The notes under the pieces were generated by a model. The model made no database searches. It was not told the origin of the DNA and worked only from the letters and a program-made list of their open reading frames with translations. The position numbers and the translations under genes were made by a program. This document shows, piece by piece, positions 24,416 to 36,330 of a stretch of 64,000 nucleotides of DNA (its first letter is position 1; every line of letters begins with the position of its first letter). Source of the stretch: Octopus sinensis. Taxonomy: Eukaryota. Where the stretch lies: the NCBI RefSeq assembly GCF_006345805.1, contig NC_043006.1, positions 27,280,001 through 27,344,000 of the forward strand, read 5' to 3'.

Positions 24416-25029
24416 TTAAAACAAATTTATTGCCTTTCTGTATGAAATGATCAAATAGCTACATGAATAAAAATAATTTCAATCCATATTAACATGTAAT
24501 CTCCTCCATTTATGAAAAATATGATTGAATTTGTTGAACTTTGTTTTATAAGTTAAATCATATACTTATATATATATAAGGAAAAAAAGTCAAGGTAGAA
24601 AATGCTAAAATAATTTTATCATAAAAAACATTTTAGTACCGGTTTCAGTCATTGAGACAATGGTATACTTTTGGCCAAATACTTCTGCAGCTGTATCACA
24701 AAGAAGATGGCATCTGTGGTACTCTTCCCAGACAAAAATCAAACTGCATCTCATCTAGTTTAATTCTATTTCTAATCAATTGGGCTATAACTCTCTCAGT
24801 AACTTTCATGACCTAATCCAGCATGAAAGATGGACATTAAATGATGATTATACACACACACATAGAGAGAGAGAGATACTTACATACATTCACATTTATA
24901 AATACATAGACACCCACTCTCACATAGAGAGAGACATTAGGTTCACAAGAAAGTGCGGAGGCATTTCAGGAAAGAAAAGAAATGAATGCTTCTTTGGTCT
25001 TAACTGATAATCAAGAAAATAGTTCCCCT

Positions 25030-25460
25030 TACTATTGATGACTTAAATCGCATCTATTTGGCAAATTGGTGATCCCTCACACATAGCATTCTTCATATTA
25101 TGAAGTAAAGAAGCAGTATAATCTTTAAGCTCTTCACAAATAGTAAACTCTTCTCTCTAAATAATATTGCAATGATATGAAAAGATGATAGTCAGATATA
25201 TGAAAATCAGGAGAGCAAGGAGGATGAAATAAAATTTTTCATATTTAGTGCCATGATCTTTCCCTGAGTGACTTAGGCAATATGTGGCACTAATTTCTCA
25301 TGTAAGAGCAACATCCCTTTATGACTGACCAATGATAAGTACATTTTCTGCAAATTTTTGTGCAATGCAACAATATTTTTCTGCATGAATGTTTCAGTTT
25401 GATTTAAAACTTTATGATAGGCAACAAACTTCATATCCAACCGAACTGTGGAGAGAGTTA
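25030..25460 (-). mobile_element. Mariner transposase relic similar to 10580-10830
   Basis: AYHKVLNQTETFMQKNIVALHKNLQKMYLSLVSHKGMLLLHEK; the nucleotide sequence resembles 10600-10800. Confidence 0.6.
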
Positions 25461-26879
25461 GAGGAGACATCAGGACCAAAAATGAGTGGAAGTAACAGTA
25501 CATCAAGAAGCAGGGCATTTGAACATCCTCTTTCTTTATCAAGATGTTGAGGTGAACAGATGTGTAGAAGGGATCTCAGAGGGAGAGTAGTTTCTGGCCA
25601 GATGTTGGGGAAGTGTACACATGTAGGTGCAACCAACACATTCTGCTGATCCTTCTGAAGCAAAGCTGGATATTCTGATGTGATTTTGTTTAGAGGTAAG
25701 AGCATTCTTATTTTTGCCTTTCCTTCTTCACAAACACAGAGCATAACTGGTGTAGAGCTGCATTATCCACATTTGCAGGGTGCAACACATTATTATTTCC
25801 ATGAAGGCATGATAATAGAGAAGCTACTTCTCATCACTTTCAAATGGATCCACATATGGCTAGTTGGATTGGTAGAGATGGATAGATATGTATACATATA
25901 AAAATTACAAAATGGGACAAGAACACAAAACATCCAGACAGTTAGGTGATACAAAAATGAGACAACAAAATATCCAGATAGACGATACAAAGAAACCAAG
26001 GACGGGTCATTCGAAGTTTTCTTTCCTCAGTTGAGTACCAGATTATCTTTGCAATTTCGGCTGATTATACTCAAAATTGCTCCAATCTGGCCAGCTCCAA
26101 GGAAAAACTAAGCTAAGAGCATTAGATTCCTTGGGAGAAAGCAGTGAATGTATACAAAAACAAGGACGGAAAAAAATGGACAAAGTTACACAAATACAAT
26201 AAAAATAATAACAGGACATAACAACAGGTGTCTTTCGAGTAACACATACACATACACATCCACACACACACATGGACAGATTAATTAATTAATTCATTCA
26301 CTAAATACTTGCATACATTTTGTAGTAGAATTGCAGCTAAAGACATCTTTAATATTTCATTGTAACAAGATGCAAAGCAATGGCTTAAACGACTTCTTAG
26401 CTGGTAGGAGTGGATTCACATCAATAAATAACAGACAACTAGACTGTTATCTGGGTAAAATTGTGCCTTGAGGAAAGGATGCTACATGAACATTGTGTAT
26501 AAATTTCCAAGTTCTGCTGTACCATGGGTAATCTCATGGCAGACTCTACCTCCTGCATTCCAGGAGACCACCTTTCTCTCACAGTTCCTGTCGTGCTGTT
26601 AATGCCCGGCAATGGATACAACTTCCTATCTATAAAATCTGTAGCACATTTCCAAATATCACACCTCTATCCATCCCATTTCCAAACACAGTCACTTAGG
26701 TAAGGTGGAGGTCAATAACGTCTATTGCTGCATCAAAGTTCTGGCACCACTCGCTGACTTACATCTGTCAATGCATTCACAGGTTGTGTTTTGGCTCCCA
26801 GTAGATGGTTTGTGATTGGCAGGCCCAGATCCTCTTCATTACTATGACATGTATTCCTCTGCCTTTCCTCCTTCAGGGT

Positions 26880-27890
26880 ACACTTGTGCTGGTCTGTCCA
26901 GACAGTGTTTCAACTTCAATGCATTGCAGGTGAGTTTCTCATTGGCCAGTGTCCCTGCAATCATCTAGCCTTTAATTTCAGTTACTGTAAAGGGTTGGAC
27001 ATTGAAGGAAGGGTCAGTTGTTAAAGTTTTCCTGTTTCATGAGCATCTGGTTGTCAACATGTATTTGGTGCTCAGTAGAATGGTTCCATTTATTAAAGTT
27101 TTTTTTCTTTGTTTAGCATCTGAATCATGTTGGATGATCTGATTGTGCATTGCTCCTGTTAATGCTGATTTCACACGGAGCACATTGGCTGATACTGTGT
27201 GATTAAACAAGCTCTTTCAGCTGGACTGATACTAGTTGTACTGTAGAGTTGCAACAGAAAGTTGTGGACTGCATGTCTGGGGTCCTGTTCCTCAATGTAA
27301 GTAATGTGGGCTACTTTACCCAACATCCGCATAAAGGTTTTGGCAAGTCCATTGCTCTCAGGTTGTTGTGGATCAATTCGCCTATGTATGAAATCTTGCC
27401 ATTTGGCATATTTCCTGAATTCCTCTCACTGGAAGGTAGTGCTGGTGGGGGTGAGCAGCAGTCCATTATCATTTTCTGTCACCCCTGGAATTCTATGGGT
27501 GCTTAATACTTTATGAAGCTTTGGAATCAAATGGTCCACTGAGATTGTTGAGAGGATGAGTGGCGGCTTTGGTAGTCGTAGGCATTGAATCGCCCAAGCT
27601 CGTACTTGACAACAAAATTTAAACCTTGTAGTTTTACCGAGCAATTGTTAATGTCTGCTGGTCTGTCATATCTTGGGTTGTTCTACAATAGGAGTGGCTG
27701 ATGGTTAGTGATTAGAATAAACTGTATCCCATACTGAAACACCTTACTGGCAAGAATTCCTGTTATGGTGGCAAGGCTCTCGCCACTGACAGGGGAGTAG
27801 TTCTCCTCTGACGGAAACTGATCGACTTGTGGAGTTGATAGGTCTTCATTTACTTGTTTGCAGGTAACGCTGCATAACTGTGGAAGCCAC
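26880..27890 (-). mobile_element. Ty3/gypsy pol relic (RNase H end joined to integrase core)
   Basis: Minus strand: FILITNHQPLL, NFVVKYELGRFNAYDYQSRH, HRIPGVTENDNG, EEFRKYAKWQDFIHRRIDPQQPESNGLAKTFMRML, STTSISPAE. Confidence 0.75.
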
Positions 27891-28289
27891 ACCTTCTACA
27901 TCTATGTCTACTGTTAGTTGGATTTCAAGTTTCGACGAAAAAGCGCCCATAACTTTTCCATTCGCTGGGGCGTATTTCTACTTCTCTACTGCGAACTCAC
28001 AATCGTAAGTCCAGTTAAATCTCTACCCCCTTTTCAACAAGGTACGAAGCACAGCAGTTATGTCACTGAAAGTTTCTATGCCCGTGTGGCCGATGAAATA
28101 TACGTTATATTGACACATTTGCTCAGGGCAGAAACTTTTCCCTTGAGTATTCCAAAAGATCACCATTTACATTCCCCAACAGTTCATGTCATACGCCATT
28201 AAGGGAGATAACTCCCCATCCATAAAACCCGTAGAAGATATAAAAATACTTGTCTGAATTTTAAGTTGATAAAACCCTTGAAAATCCCA

Positions 28290-28366
28290 GTCGAAAAATA
28301 TTTTTGGTAGTTTGGTAAAAAGGTAGAACATTTTGATTCACTGTTTACAACTGAAAACGGTAAGTT
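28290..28366 (+). promoter_or_regulatory. Putative non-coding first exon end and 5' splice donor (AAAACG|GTAAGTT, GT at 28360) of ZNF-C
   Basis: The same 13-mer occurs at 11279-11291 (+) and 52607-52619 (-). Flanks are similar to the ZNF-D copy and the context is CpG-enriched. Inferred; no transcript data. Confidence 0.5.
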
Positions 28367-30229
28367 ATACAGATTCGGGTAATTTTCTATTTTACGTTTG
28401 TAAAATCAGTTTTTTGTATAACAGATATTTCCTTCAGTAGTTCCTAACGTTTGAAAAAGTGATTTCAGTCGTAGTTTGCCATCTGCGGAAGAATTCTGTT
28501 CTGTTGTTTATTTGACACTGTTAGTATTTTATTGCTGACTAGCCCCTAAGTCAATCCTGATCGAGTAGAACTGACGTCCGAAGACACTTGGCTGTCACCG
28601 AAGAAGGAAACCAAAATCTTTAAAATAAGTTTTATAATTTTTTTTCTGAATTGTAATTGCTGTTGCATGAAAGAAAGGAGTACTAAAAAATTAAGGGAAA
28701 AAAAAAAACCCTTTTCTTTCCATATGGTGTGTGATAGCTACAAAAAGATTACGGCTGCTACTTCTTCAACGCCGTGCCCTGCGTAGAGCAGTGTTGTGAA
28801 TTATATCCTATCATTAATTCCTTTCTACAATAGTAAATAATAGATATCTTACTTCGTATTGAGTAGAAAAATGCGGCATAGTGTCGAATGACGTTGATAG
28901 ATGTATACCGTCTTTACCTAATATTAAACATCGCGTCTTAATCGTTAAACAGCCATGATTTAGACGGCGAGCAGAAATAAAGTTTGAACTGGTTCATGAC
29001 ATGCAGAGAGTAAAATATATGGTGCAGACACTGCTCGACTCTAAAAAAAAAAAAAAAAAAAAAACTTATACCTATATATCACTAGTGTGCAGTGTTATAA
29101 TTCTATGTATTTTTTTTCAGCGCTTCTTTAGAAACGCACCTCTCCAAGAAAATGAAATGCAATTAAAAAAAAAGTTTTGAAATTGGAAAATATATACAAA
29201 ATAAATGATGTATCCGTTTACCAATCGGGTATTATTAATGATACGAGGGGCCAAATACCCACTGAGTTCTATAACTTACCAAAAGTTGCTTCTTTTACTA
29301 CTTATTTCCCCCTTAATATATAACCATACTGAACAATCACCTTAAATGATATTACCCTTCATGTTCTAATACACACCGATCCTAAAAAGAGGTTTTCCCT
29401 CTTGAAATTTACTCTTGTTCGTCCGAATGGACTCTTAATATGTGCTATACTGGAATGCTTCACAGCTGAAACAGTGAAAACTTTCTCTCAAGCTTTTGTC
29501 TCCGGTCCAGATGGAGGATATGTAGACGGAAACCTTCTCCCCTCCCAATTTTTTTTTTTTTTTTTACGGAATTTCATTTTAGGCTATGGAGATTTTCAAA
29601 AATCGCAACTTCAACATTTCAAACCCCCACTTTCCTATTTCTTCATTTCCACTTTCCCCCACCCCCCCTTTTTTTTTGCGAAATACGTACAAAAATACGG
29701 AGATTATGATTCTGAAAAAAAAATGTTTGTAAAAGTAAATCTCCAAAGCCTAAAACTTGGAATTCCATAAAAAAATTAAAAACTAAGTGGGGAAGGGTTC
29801 CGTTTACATATCCTCCATCTGGACCTTATACAGCATAGATTTAGGCGATCGCCGTCAGAAAGTGAACAAATGTCTTGTCCACATTTTGCGTGTGGACATC
29901 TTGAGCATAAGGATCAGCAAAATGTTGGTGTATAATCACCTCGTTCGTGTAGGTACCACCATTGAGGATACCGATGTTATTATATGCTCGGTTAGGTACT
30001 TCGACCAAAAAACACTTTCTTGAGACTCTCTCTATGCCACCGAATACTCAATGTCCCTTTGCGTCTTTTACTACTTATCTACCCCTTAATTTTTATTTAC
30101 TTTTTTTAATACACATAGCTTCCCACCAGTGGGCGATTTCAATTTACAGGTGGGTGAATTTCTCGAAAATGGTGGGCGATTTGAAATTTTGGCAGGTGAT
30201 ATGAACATTTTGTAGGTGACAATGAAATT

Positions 30230-31159
30230 TTAGAAATTAAGTCTGCATTTACTTTTGTAGCAGTTGACTAGTTCTGATAGTGACTCAGCAATTAGAGCAA
30301 GGTTGTCAGCATAGAGGAGCTTCCAGGGGCATCCTGTCTTGAATTCCTCTGTTATTGCTTGGAGGACTATGAGAAATAGGAAGGGGCTGAGGACTGAACC
30401 TTGGTGGACCCCTACCTCTACCTGGAATTCTTCACTGTACTTGTTGCCAACCCTCACTTTACTGACAGCGTCCCTGTACATGGCATGCACAGCTCTCACT
30501 AACCATTCATCTATCCCTAGTTTCCTCATTGACCACCAGATAAGGGATTGGGGGACCCTGTCAAAGGCTTTCTCTATATCAACGAAAGCCAGGTACAGAG
30601 GTTTATCTTTGGCTAGGTATTTCTCCTGCAGTTGTCTTTCCAGAAATATGGCATCAGTGGTGCTTTTCTCTGGCATAAACTCAAACTGCATCTCATCTAA
30701 ACTGATTCTCTCCCTTAGTTGGGCTATGACCCTCTCCGTGACCTTCATTACCTGATCCAACAACTTGATACCTCTGTAATTATTTGTACCTAACACATCA
30801 CCTTTACCTTTGTAGCAGTTGACTATGGTGCTACTACACCAGTCATTGGGTTATGACTCCTTCATGTATCACCTGGTTAACTATATGGGTGACTAGGCTA
30901 TAGCCAATACCGCCAGATATTTTGAGCATCTCTGCCGGGGGCTTTCCCTGTTTTCATACTCTTAATTGCCTTATCTACCAAGGTACTGTCAATTCGGATA
31001 GTTGGTCCCTCTGTTGGGTCGACATGCGGCAGACTATCTTTCTCCCATTCATTCTCTTTATTGAGCAACTTTCATAGAGGCGTCTCCAAACCTCTCTCTT
31101 TGCAGCCTCGTTTAGTGCTAGTTAACCATCATCCATGCAGACACATTTCTCTCCTACGA
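30230..31159 (-). mobile_element. RTE-clade LINE RT fragment abutting the truncated 5' end of ZNF-C
   Basis: NYRGIKLLDQVMKVTERVI, LYLAFVDIEKAFDRVP, VGVHQGSVLSPFLF, LLYADNLALIAES. Confidence 0.95.
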
Positions 31160-31895
31160 CATCACGATTATGGTAAATCATGCTCTCAATCTCCTGATTT
31201 AACTAAACACAAATGTATTCACACAGGAAAGAAACCATATCAGTGTGGTAAATCTTTCTCTTGAAACTCTTACTTAATTTGTCGTAAATTAATTCATACA
31301 GGAGAAAAGCCATATTACTGTGTTATCTGTGGCAAATGATTCTCCTATGAAACTTCTTTTACTAACCACCAACGCATCCATAAAAGACAGAGGCCCTATA
31401 GCTGTGATATCAGTGATAAATCATTCTCTTAAAATGACTCTTTAATTAAGTACTAACACATTCATACAAGAGAGAAGCTTTATCACTGTTATATCTGTGA
31501 TAAATCATTTTCTCTCTCTATCCAAGTAAGAAATCATTGATGCATTCATACAGGAGAAAAACCATATCAATGCTATATCTGCAAGAAATCATTCACTGTA
31601 AATTGTACCTTAACAAAAACAGGAGCATATACACACAGGAATAAAGCCATATCACTGTGATATCTGTAGTAAATCATTCCCTCAAATTTCTGGAGGAAGT
31701 GCTTTAACTAGATATAAATGCATGCACACAAGAGAAAAGCCTTTTCACTGTGATATCTGTTGTAAATCATTCTCTGCAAGTGGTAACTTAACTAAGCATA
31801 AATGTTTACATACAGGAGAGAAGTTATATAGTTGCAATGCGTGTGATAAATTATTCTTGAAAATGCTAAATTAACTAAACATAAACCTGTACATA

Positions 31896-32267
31896 CGAGG
31901 GGGTGCTGAAAAGTTCCTGGCTTTAAGGATATTGCAAAAGGGTAGAGCTGTTACCTTTACAAGGGAGGTAGGACAACTATTTAAGAGATATGCAAAATAT
32001 CACGATGGTATACAATATCTCTTTCTCTTTTTTGCAGATTTAACACATGATGGCAGCTCCCACTGTGGATTTTAGTAAAATTGAAGCACCAGCAATCACA
32101 AAGTTCCTCTTTTTGCAAGGCAAAGGAGCAGCAGAAATCCATGGTGAGATGAAAAAAGTCTTGAAGGATGGCTGCCCATCTTACTCCACAGTGAAAATTT
32201 GGGTGTCAAAGTTTCAAACTGGTAATTTTGAGGTCACAGATGAACCCCGGTCATGTCAGCTAACTTC
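31896..32267 (+). mobile_element. 3'-truncated mariner element inside ZNF-C
   Basis: TA at 31894-31895, then mariner-type TIR cgagggggtgctgaaaagttcctggcttt and the transposase N-terminus. No right TIR; ZNF sequence resumes at TA 32268. Confidence 0.85.
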
Positions 32268-32364
32268 TACCAGAGAGAAGCCATATCACTGTAATATCTG
32301 TGGAAAAGCATATTCTAAAAAAAGTTCCTTTGTTAAACACAAATGTAATCCTACAAAAGACTAA
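32047..32364 (+). other. Chimeric ORF: mariner transposase N-terminal HTH (aa 1-74) fused in frame to the ZNF-C terminal finger (aa 75-105)
   Basis: KIEAPAITKFLFLQGKGAAEIHGEMKKVLKDGCPSYSTVKIWVSKFQTGNFEVTDEPRS resembles the mariner first HTH plus the D-x-x-RSGRP motif, followed by [31 protein letters not shown]. Acceptor ctctttctcttttttgcag ends at 32037. Expression is unknown. Confidence 0.8.
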
Positions 32365-32420
32365 AATTATCCATGTCAAAAGTCAAGTCATTCTCTGAAA
32401 TATATATATATATATATATA

Positions 32421-34176
32421 GGAATTTAATTGATATTAAGCATAGTGCCGATCCTCTTAAAAAATGCAATTGTAAAGATGAATCCTCCTGTCCATTGGAA
32501 GGGAAATGTTTGGTAAAAGGAGTCGTTTATAGAGCCAAGGTGCAAATAGAAGGCTCATCTGAATATAAGACTTATACAGGGGCTTCGGAAGAAGACCAGC
32601 CTGGCAAAATATGTCTTGGAACTAAAAGAAAAAGAAGCCTGACCTTTCAACGTGTCATGGAGCATTCTAGATAGAGCGGCACCATACAGACACGGGGCAC
32701 ACAAGAAAAATTTTAAATGCAATCTCTGTTTGTTAGAGAAATATTTCATTTTATTCAAAGACAATAATTCTTTGAATCAAAGAAGCGAACTTTTGAACTC
32801 ATGCAGGCACGCAACCAAATTCAAAATGTCGAACATAAATATCCCGTATGGATAGCATATATTTTGTCTTTTTGAATTTTTGATTCTTGGACTAGTCTTT
32901 AATCACACCGATGGATTTGTTTCGTGCTATGCAGGTTTCATTCTGCATAGCAAAGTCTTGTACATATATTTTGTTTATATTTCGACATATTCCTTAGGAA
33001 AAACCTTCAACTTAGTTTATTTCATTTTATTATATTGTATAGGCTCACTTTGGTAATTTAATTTATAGATAATCCAATATAGGGTGTTATATTTTGCATG
33101 TCTTTCATCTAAATTTTTATTATTATGCACTCAGCAATTTTAAATAATAATGTTGTCAGATCCTAGGCATTTTTATGTGAATATGTGTATTGGCATGAAT
33201 ATGTATTTATAAGCATACGTCTTTGTATATGTGTAAGTGAGCGTATGTTTGTACTTAAGCACATACATACATGAATGTATGTGTATGCATGTATCCACTT
33301 GGACTTGTGTGTTTGCATACTTGTCTCTATATATGTGTATTTACTGCTTACGTAACTTGTATAGAAACATTCGTCGCGTATAGTCAGAATGTTATTATTT
33401 TTTCTTCTTTCCTTTTCTCTTTTTCTTTTTTCTCTCTCTTCCTTTCTTTCGTTTTTTTCTCTCCCTATTCGTTACTTGTATAGAGCCCTGTAACTTTACG
33501 TCCCCCTCCCCCTCCCTTACTTATGTCTTTAGCTTTCTCTTGCAAACAAGAGCGCCCCTTCCCCATCCATGAATTTTGCTTATAGTCTATATGGATACAA
33601 GTGATTTTTGCATGCGAGCTAGATTGCGTATACATATGTGTACATGCATTTGTGTGTATATTTTCGTTTTGCATTTATATGTCTGTATATGTATGTGGTC
33701 TGCGCACATCTATTTGTGTATGTTGATGTATATTAATAGTTTAGTATGAGTATGTACTGTTGCGAAATATTTTAATATATTTTAATATTTTAATTTCAAT
33801 TTCTATGTATTAATTATATTTTCTTTATTAATGACAATATGTATTTTAACCAAAGATTCGATTAAAGGTTTTTCCCCGACTTTTATAATTTTATATTTTA
33901 TATTGAACTCATTTTTGTTTATCGCTCGCATATGACCGTTATTTGAAAGGACCAATCAAACAAGTCCATTTTTAAAGGTGTAACGTTTATACTAGTCTTG
34001 ATAGAATTGTCATATCGGTTCTATTTTAACAAAACTGTCCAACGAACAGGAACGTGAAACTCTGAGTGACAGGTTTTGTTGAATTTCTGCTGCTTTTAAA
34101 TAAAGCATATTACTCTACCCCAGGTATTTGAGTACTCTTTTTTCCACCTTGTTTCACATTTATGTGTTTACTCCGG
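32421..34176 (+). mobile_element. Penelope-like element 3' part (GIY-YIG endonuclease end plus long 3' region), flanked by (TA)n on both sides
   Basis: KCNCKDESSCPLEGKCLVKGVVYRAKV..TYTG..WSILDRAAPY..CNLCLLEKYFI..LNQRSELLNSCRHATKF. TA tracts at 32399-32420 and 34177-34203. Confidence 0.8.
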
Positions 34177-34360
34177 TATATATATATATATATATATATA
34201 TATCATCATCATTTAGCATCCGTTTTCCATGCTAGCATAGGTTGGACTGTTCAACTGGGGTCTGTGAAGCCAGAAGGCTGCATCAGGCCCAGTCTGATCT
34301 GGCAGTGTTTCTACGGCTGGATGCCCTTCCTAACGCCAACCACTCTGCGAGTGTAGTATT

Positions 34361-34876
34361 TTACGTTGGCCATAGGGGATTCCCCATTCAGTAAGTATGC
34401 AGGATGCTTACAATCATTGGAATAAGAGAAAAAGAGTGAAAGGTGTCTGTGCACAGGATGGGGGAGGCCGTAGGAAGAGCCTCTTTCTGTTTATGGAGCA
34501 AGGGAGAGAAGTTGAGCAGTGATTTGACCACCTCTTCTGACCTTCCAATGGGAGGGCGTTATGATTGAGGGTTAGAACAGCCAATAACAATTGAATGCTA
34601 TACGATGACATCTGTTCCTCCTGGTCAAAACTGCATTCAACCACGGTGAATAGAAAAGAAGCATCTTCTTTTAGATGTTAACATTAACATTCCTTCCAGA
34701 AATCTGAGTTAATATACACAAGTCCTCACAAATAAAGTTTTTTATTGAAAATATTACAGTTGTGAGACATTTCACCAAAACACATATAATTGAGTACTAT
34801 ATATACTGTTCAGAGGGGTTGTTATCCCACACATCTTATTTCTTCTGTCAATACATTTATTGTTATATATATATAT
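34361..34876 (-). repeat. Inverted copy of the ZNF 3' UTR and HERO 3' end (ZNF-C flank)
   Basis: Reverse complement matches 16885-17037 plus 17900-18255. The AATAAA is now on the minus strand at 34741-34746. Confidence 0.9.
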
Positions 34877-34879
34877 CTA

Positions 34880-36330
34880 TCTGTGAATGGCCATAACTGC
34901 CATCCTTCTCCCTGTAATCTTGCAGAAGCCTCTGGTTTTGGCACACTTCCATTCAAAGGCTTCATTGCACCCTTTTGAATGCAGGACTATAGACTGGTTC
35001 AAGTTATTTTCAGTATCTTTTCTGACCACAAACTATATCTGGACTCAGGGTTGTTCAGACAGCACAGAGAAACTGTAATCTTTCTCTCAGCTCAAACTTC
35101 ATGTTTTATACTTGGGACCCATATAGTAGACTTCTTGTCTTTTTTTGCTGTCTTTGCTGGCTTTTCTCCTTTCTTCATGTGGTGTTGTTCTCTCCTGATG
35201 TTCATGTTTGAGTCTTTCCTGTTCCACAATTTGAGCAAGAGTTCCAAGCACATTGTCATAGCGTCACTTGTATCTTCTTTTTGCATCCTGAGGTGATATG
35301 TGCCATAGTACTACCTGCACCACAAAGTCTTCACAGCTGACTCCCTTTCATACCCTATCAATGCAGGTTTATTGGTGTTGGGAGTTTGCCAAACACCATT
35401 CGCAGCAGGAAGGAAATTTGGAAAGATTCCTGTCTCCACAGGTCTGTCCCTGTGACATTCCTTTTGGGAAGTCAAGGTATCCTGAGGTACAGTCTCCTCA
35501 GCTCTGGACCTTTCTTCTGCCTGGATCATAGTCCTTCTTTCCTTGATATCTGCCTTCTTCTGTTGTTGGAAATGGGAAGAACCATGACCCTGCCACTCTG
35601 TGCACGTAATTCCAATAATATTGTTTAACTTCAGCAATCTTTCAACCTTTACGACTGTGGTACTGGTTTGATACTTTTGCTTGGGCCTTGTTGTGATATC
35701 TGTATGTCTGACACACTTATTCTGGGTGTCCCTATATATCATTACATCTCTTCACTTCATAATCTTAAATTCTTTGTCTATGGATGGCAGAGGAATTTGG
35801 AGCTGTCCAGATCATGGAGGGATACCCATCCACCTTCAGAGGTACTTGTTCATGTTCCTCTCCACTCTTTCTACTCTTGTCATTGGAACCGCATACACTT
35901 GAGAGCAATCCGTGTTGGTAGAGCCATGCCTTGTATTTTCTTGGAAACCTTATGTTTTAATCCTCAGTGTTTGTGATATTGCTTCTGTCGGAGATTGAAT
36001 TGTCAAACCACTTTGCAAGGTATTTGATTGGATAATGTGATTATCTCCATTAATTCGTCTATCTTGCAGCTTAATCCTGTTTATTTTGGCTCCCCTGATC
36101 AACATACTCCTAAACTTCTTGTGCTTAAACTTCATTCTAGTAAAGTCAGCACCTGTTTCAACCCCATATGGGTTGTGGCTGTCACTGTATGATTGTCCAT
36201 GAAATGCCTTATAGGACACTATTGGCTACTTGATACCATTATTGGTCTTTGAACTTCTTTATCAGCAGATACTATTAGGAGGTTCATTCCCATGACAAGG
36301 AAGGAGAAAATTGTTTCTTTGAAATTGTGG
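34880..36330 (-). mobile_element. HERO-type LINE relic, longest copy (RT end to endonuclease)
   Basis: TRMKFKHKKFRSMLIRGAK, LKLNNIIGITCTEWQGHGSSHFQQQKKADIKERRTMIQAEE; collinear with 5390-6350. Confidence 0.75.

Larger units (their letters stand above)
31160..32364 (+). pseudogene. ZNF-C: decayed paralog of ZNF-A/B, 5' part lost next to an RTE insertion, interrupted by a mariner fragment
   Basis: Manual translation gives GKSCSQSPDLTKHKCIHTGKKP, YETSFTNHQRIH, FTVNCTLTK and KHKCNPTKD, with at least five in-frame stops and frameshifts. The first surviving finger corresponds to ZNF-A finger 7. Confidence 0.9.

Noticed and set aside
23909-24450. ORFs of 60-143 aa over CA/CT tracts (also 152-346, 59242-59783)
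   Set aside because: Low-complexity translations of microsatellites.
30339-30755. 138-aa plus-strand ORF
   Set aside because: Antisense to the RTE RT ORF 30230-30796.
31160-31895. Rescue of ZNF-C stops by A-to-I editing
   Set aside because: Editing would give Trp at the stops, but frameshifts, lost Cys/His residues and the missing 5' end remain.
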